Positions 25,665 to 32,000 of a DNA stretch of 32,000 bases are shown here, one piece after another (within the stretch, counting starts at the first letter, position 1; each line of letters opens with the position of its first letter). The notes beneath the pieces were generated by a model. That model was not told the origin of the DNA. It ran no database searches and was given only the letters and a program-made list of their open reading frames with translations. Location of the stretch: contig CALSTM010000002.1 in NCBI GenBank assembly GCA_943789275.1, positions 60,001-92,000 of the forward strand, given 5' to 3'. Both the position numbers and the translations under genes were made by a program. This DNA comes from Candidatus Poseidoniaceae archaeon. GTDB lineage: Archaea; Thermoplasmatota; Poseidoniia; Poseidoniales; Poseidoniaceae.

Positions 25665-25686
25665 GGAACCGGCTTCAGCCGAATTC

Positions 25687-26037
25687 ATGTCTATCATAAC
25701 AGCATACAACGAAGCCTGGGATAACGGAGATGTCGACGCACTTGCAAACATCATTCACGATGATTGCGTGTTCAACCCGCACGTCGGTGGAATCACCATG
25801 AGCAAGTCCGACATTCTTGGATTCGTCAGTGGCGGAAGTCCACCAAAAGGAGAAAACCAAAGAATTCTTTTCGAAAACGATGAAGTTGGCGTTGCTCACT
25901 CTATTGTTCACTTTGCAAACGATTCCGACTCTGAAGCTGTCATGTCCTTCATGCGCTTCAAAGACGGTCAAATCATTCTCATGGAAACCGGTGCTACGCC
26001 ACTTTCCGATGACTACAAGCTCGTCGGCAGTGAGTGA
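25687..26037 (+). CDS. SnoaL-like / NTF2-fold protein
   Basis: 116 aa. The N-terminus AYNEAWDNGDVDALANIIHDDCVF is the classic SnoaL/NTF2-like opening helix pattern. Confidence 0.68.
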   Translation: MSIITAYNEAWDNGDVDALANIIHDDCVFNPHVGGITMSKSDILGFVSGGSPPKGENQRILFENDEVGVAHSIVHFANDSDSEAVMSFMRFKDGQIILMETGATPLSDDYKLVGSE

Positions 26038-26082
26038 ACGCCACTTTCGCCTTTGTTCAGATAAGCGAAGGTTGAGCCGTAC

Positions 26083-29000
26083 TTAGCCTTGGAAAGCAGG
26101 GTAGTACTGTTGGGTGTACTGCAGAGCACTCTCTTGAGGATAACCTTGAGCGATCAAGCCGTTGTAGTATTCTCGAGCCGGGTCAGGTTGAACTGGAGCA
26201 GGTTGCGCTGCTGGCTGGGCTGCTTGAACCGGTTGTGCTGCCATGTTTGGCATGGCAACAGCTGCGGCTGGTTGAGCGGCCATATTCGGCATACCACCGG
26301 CAACCGGTGCTGCTGTGTTGCTGTAATTCGGCATCAAAACCGTTGGTTGTGCTGCCATGTTTGGCATGGCCGGCATTGCGCCACCCATTGGAGCAAAGTT
26401 ACCGTCGTTCCAGTTCTTGTCGACAACCTCACCATCCGGCTTGCGAATGAAGAAGAAGGCAAGACCTGCAATGACAGCGAGCGCAACAACAGCACCAATT
26501 CCGAGGACCAACGTCGAGGATGAAGAAGCCCCGTCGGTTGAAGAAGCGTCTTTTATCCAGCGCAGAGGGTCATCGGGGTAAGCGTCAGCTCCGTCCTTGA
26601 CCTTCCAGTCTCCTGAAGGGTTCGAATAGCCGTCACCGTCCGCATCAAAACAACCAGTACGGTCTGCTGTTGAGTTACCCGCACCCGAGACACAGGCATC
26701 AGCACCATCGGCGAGCGTCCATGAACCATCAGGGTCGGAGTAGCCGTCGCCGTCGGTGTCTGCGCAGCCAATTCGGTCAATGCTTGAGGAATCTCGGACG
26801 GTCGGGCAAGCATCCGGAGTGATGCCAAGCGGATTGTCGCCAAAGCCGTCACCATCAGCATCCGACCATTGCGAGGCTTCGTCGGGGAAAGCATCGCCAC
26901 CTAATTCGTAGCCCCATGTGATATCAGCGTTGGAGTAGCCATCGCCGTCGGCGTCCATGCATCCAAAGCGGTCAACAGTTGAGTTACCAGGCAGTGCTGG
27001 GCATGCATCGGGTTGGTTTCCACTTTCGTTGTCACCAAATGAATCCATATCGGTATCTTCCCATTGTGTCGGATCGTTATCGAAGGCATCCATGAAGTCC
27101 GCCCATCCATCAGAATCGGTGTCAAGACATCCAAGGATTCCTTGTTGCCAAGATGTACCAAATTGGTTTGGACATGCATCCTGTTCTGTGGCGCCATCGA
27201 CGTAGATTCCGTTCCATGAGGATTTACGGTCGTCCCAAGTTGAGTTCCCCCAGTTATCGCCAAATCCGTCTTCATCAGAATCTGCCCATTGGGTTGCATC
27301 GTTTGGGAAAGCGTCTGCACCGTCTTCGATGTACCAGCTGGAATCAGCATCCGAATAGCCATCTTCATCTGAATCAAAACAGCCCAGTCGGTCTAAAGTT
27401 GAAGTTCCAGGTACTGTGGAACAATCGTCAGGGGAAAGGCCTTGCAGGTTGTCTCCATAGTTGTCTGCATCTCCATCGGCCCATTGCGTTGGCTCGTTCG
27501 GGAAAGCATCATCGGTGTTTGACCAGCCGTCTCCATCGGTGTCAGGGCATGCATTCTTGCCGCCAAGTGTTGAGTTACCGGCTTCAGTCGGACAGTCATC
27601 GTAGGTATCGGACCAGCCATCGCTGTCAGAGTCAAGGCATCCAGTGGTACCGAGTAACGATGTTCCAGGAGTTGTAGGACAGTCATCTTCAACGTCGTCA
27701 AAACCATCAGCATCGTCATCGACGTCTTCGTCAGAATCACGGCAACCGTCACCATCGAGGTCGTTTGAGGAATCTGAAACCCATGTTGGCCGTGGAGGGT
27801 CATAGGAAGTGTACGGGCATATATCGTTGACATCCAGAACTTGGTCGTTGTCGTCATCTAAATCTTCAACATCGTCTTTGCAGCCGTCGTTATCCCAATC
27901 GCTCGAAGCAGAGGGGTTGGATGTGTCTTGCATGCTTGTCCAATTGAATTCGCCACCACGAGGACAAAGGTCAGGGAAGTTATCGGTAAGCCCATCGTTG
28001 TCATCGTCCGAATCGCATGCGTCGCCTTTGTCGTCCATATCGGTGTTTGCTTGAGTCGGGTTTGAAACCGTAGGACAATTGTCGTCGACATCGACAATAC
28101 TGTCGCTGTCGGTGTCTTTCAATGCGGCAGGGTCAAACGACCAAATGAACGCATCTCGTCCACCGGTTGAAGTAATCGATGTGCCATCGTGGGTCATCGA
28201 ACCTGAGTAGGCTCCACCGACGCCAATTGAATCGGTGTCGTTGACCGCCAAATCCCACACATAATCGTATTGAGAGCCACCGACTGATTCAGCCCATTCC
28301 GCTGAACCAGAGTCGGAAAGTCCGACCACAAATCCATCGTGATTGGAAGGTGTAAGCGTGTACGAACTGGCAGTGTGGGAAGCAATCATGTATCCACCAT
28401 AAACAACCTTACCGGTCGTGGTAATCGCAAGGCCTTGAGGCTCATCTGCTTGACTTGAACCAGAAACAAACGCCCAGCTGTTGGAAGAAGAAGTCGCTTC
28501 ACGCACAATAAAAATATCGTTTCCACCGTAGGAAGCAGTTGCAGACCAACCGGTGCCGGTCAACGATCCACCGAATGTACCGGCATAGTATGTGTCTCCA
28601 TTGAAGTCAATATCGATGTTCAAGATGATGGTCTGTTCATTTGGAGTACCGTAGCCAGTGAGTCCGAGTAGAGCACCGCTGGGGTCAACTTCTACGATGA
28701 CTGCATCAACAGTACCTTTCGCAAGGTAGCTGGTCGTTCCCCATTGAGAAAAACCATCCGATATGGTGGCGAGTTTCACGCCGCCATTTGTTGTTGGTGC
28801 AAGGTCGAAAACACGGTTAACACCGATTCCACCACCGTTGAGAACCCAATTCAAACCGCCGCTGCCAAAATCATAACTCGCGACATAGATTTCGGTGTTG
28901 GTGACGTTCAAAGGAATCCCACCGAAGTCAGTTTCACCTTCGAACTCACCGGTCAGTAGAACATCACCGCTTGCAGAAAAGGCGACGCCAGATGTCGAAC

Positions 29001-29623
29001 TGTATTCACCGGTGCCGTTCACCAGCGTTTCAAGGCCTCGAACCCACTGCCAATCTCCGTTTGGGGTCAATGTAGCAACGAATCCTTCAAAATGATAACC
29101 AGAATTGGTGTTGGACAAGATAATATCTGGACCCGAACTCCTTGGGAAAGAGATTTCACCGTAATAATAGCCAGAGATAGCGATATCTCCTGAGATGTCG
29201 ACAGCAATATCAGTTAGAAAAGAAAGTCCACCCGCTCCATAACTGTGGTCGGCACCAATGACGGAGCGCCACACACCAGTGTCATCGACCATCGCCAAGA
29301 AAAATTCACCGTAGTGCAGACCCATACGGGGATGTCGGTTGGAGCGTAGTCGTTCCAAACGTGAGTGATGCGTTGTATTCCGAACCGATGATCCATCCAG
29401 CGCCCCCAAGTGCAGCAATATGTCGCGCATCGATGCTTTGACTGGTGGAACCACCTGCTGAAAGGTATGAGTTGGATGCACCTCGACCTGAAGTGAATTG
29501 AGGTCCTTGAGATTCAGTTTCAAGAGGGTGTTCAACCAAGTCAGGTGATTCCATCACCATGATTGAAGCAAGCATCAAGAACGTGAGCAAAAGTGCTGAG
29601 AAGGTTCTGTTCAATGGGCGCAT
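26083..29623 (-). CDS. giant surface protein: signal peptide + beta-propeller repeats + ~8 thrombospondin-type-3/Cys-knot Ca-binding modules + TM + 120-aa cytoplasmic P/Q/A/M-rich tail. N-terminal 105 codons are in a different frame (apparent +1 frameshift near 29309-29345)
   Basis: The main ORF 26083..29535 is 1150 aa. A DNCPTVSNPTQANTDMDDKGDACDSDDDNDG segment and repeated CP...G.S..DR.GC.D.DGDGYSD...DAFP.D..QW.D.D.DG.GDN modules are present. TM segment LVLGIGAVVALAVIAGLAFFFI. ORF 29306..29623 supplies a GGTGA Shine-Dalgarno, an ATG, the signal peptide FSALLLTFLMLASIMVM and the first propeller blade. Confidence 0.8.
26231..26370. repeat. 26-bp exact direct repeat pair (GGTTGTGCTGCCATGTTTGGCATGGC) plus a degenerate middle copy, coding MPNMAAQP
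   Basis: Exact copies at 26231-26256 and 26345-26370. A diverged copy lies around 26273-26294. All are within the cytoplasmic tail of the giant protein. Confidence 0.9.
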
Positions 29624-29696
29624 AGCGTCACCACTACGCCGAGTGACATCAAACCTTTGCTACCAAGTGCAGGCGATGAACGCCTGAAAACGGCCA

Positions 29697-29996
29697 TCAT
29701 TCAAGGTTGGTTTCAAGCTGCAGCAAATCACTGTCACCAGCATCGATGATGCTGATTGTGGAAACCGAAAACGGCTTACCACAAGCGGTTCCCAGTTCGC
29801 GATTTACCATGTTCGCACGGAATTTGGTCACTTCAGGGTGATTGGCGTGCAATTCATCGATAAATTCGCTTGGGCAGTTCGCAGCAAAAATTACGACTTT
29901 CGCTTCACCACGAGCACACGCATCGAGTGCTTGGCGTTGTCCAAATCGTAGGTTTCCAGTTGCAATTGCATTTTTCAGTTGTCGGCTTAGGTCCAT
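29697..29996 (-). CDS. rpl30e: 50S ribosomal protein eL30 (L30e)
   Basis: 99 aa. GNLRFGQRQALDACARGEAKVVIFAANCP and LGTACGKPFSVSTISIIDAGDSD match L30e/L7Ae-fold eL30. GGAGGA Shine-Dalgarno at 30004-30009. The gene has the canonical position after rpoA2. Confidence 0.9.
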   Translation of the reverse strand: MDLSRQLKNAIATGNLRFGQRQALDACARGEAKVVIFAANCPSEFIDELHANHPEVTKFRANMVNRELGTACGKPFSVSTISIIDAGDSDLLQLETNLE

Positions 29997-30043
29997 ATTT
30001 TATTCCTCCATACTCCACATCGTTTCTCATGGGTAGAAAATCA

Positions 30044-32000
<1,957 letters not shown>

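Overview
Dense, two-strand coding segment of an archaeal chromosome (about 50% GC). It is probably from an uncultivated marine planktonic euryarchaeote; that placement is an inference from gene content only. Archaeal markers: split RNA polymerase A'/A'' genes followed by rpl30e (29697-32000, minus), ribosomal protein eS1/S3Ae (3626-4621), and PurP (22330-23487). Housekeeping genes I recognise with confidence: thyA-folA plus a convergent MazG-like NTP pyrophosphatase, an MTAP/PNP-family phosphorylase, a 7Fe-type ferredoxin, pdxS, an NDP-sugar pyrophosphorylase, a DtxR-family regulator, a GNAT, a Roadblock/LC7 protein, a SnoaL-like protein and a frameshifted nei. Three large surface proteins are present: an ASST-like propeller, a CARDB-like protein with a cytoplasmic double zinc ribbon, and a >1150-aa propeller plus thrombospondin-type-3 array. 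I found no rRNA, tRNA, CRISPR array, transposase or integrase. The most unusual content is the plus-strand gene string 17347-22266. It encodes a eukaryote-like Cid1/Trf4-type terminal nucleotidyltransferase fused to a coiled coil and a K/R tail. That gene is translationally coupled to a paralogous coiled-coil protein and is followed by the GNAT, the Roadblock/LC7 gene and a third coiled-coil paralog; a fourth paralog lies at 11457-12464. Other points of interest: eS1 with a C-terminal (APAEE)x6 linker and SAP domain; RpoA'' with a roughly 97-aa N-terminal HhH-like extension; two apparent +1 frameshifts (nei and the giant surface protein); a perfect 23-bp palindrome with related half-sites around a tiny AT-rich membrane-protein locus; and two small paralogs flanking fdx-pdxS. 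All calls rest on reading the translated ORFs and the DNA by eye. No database search was run, and family names are from memory.
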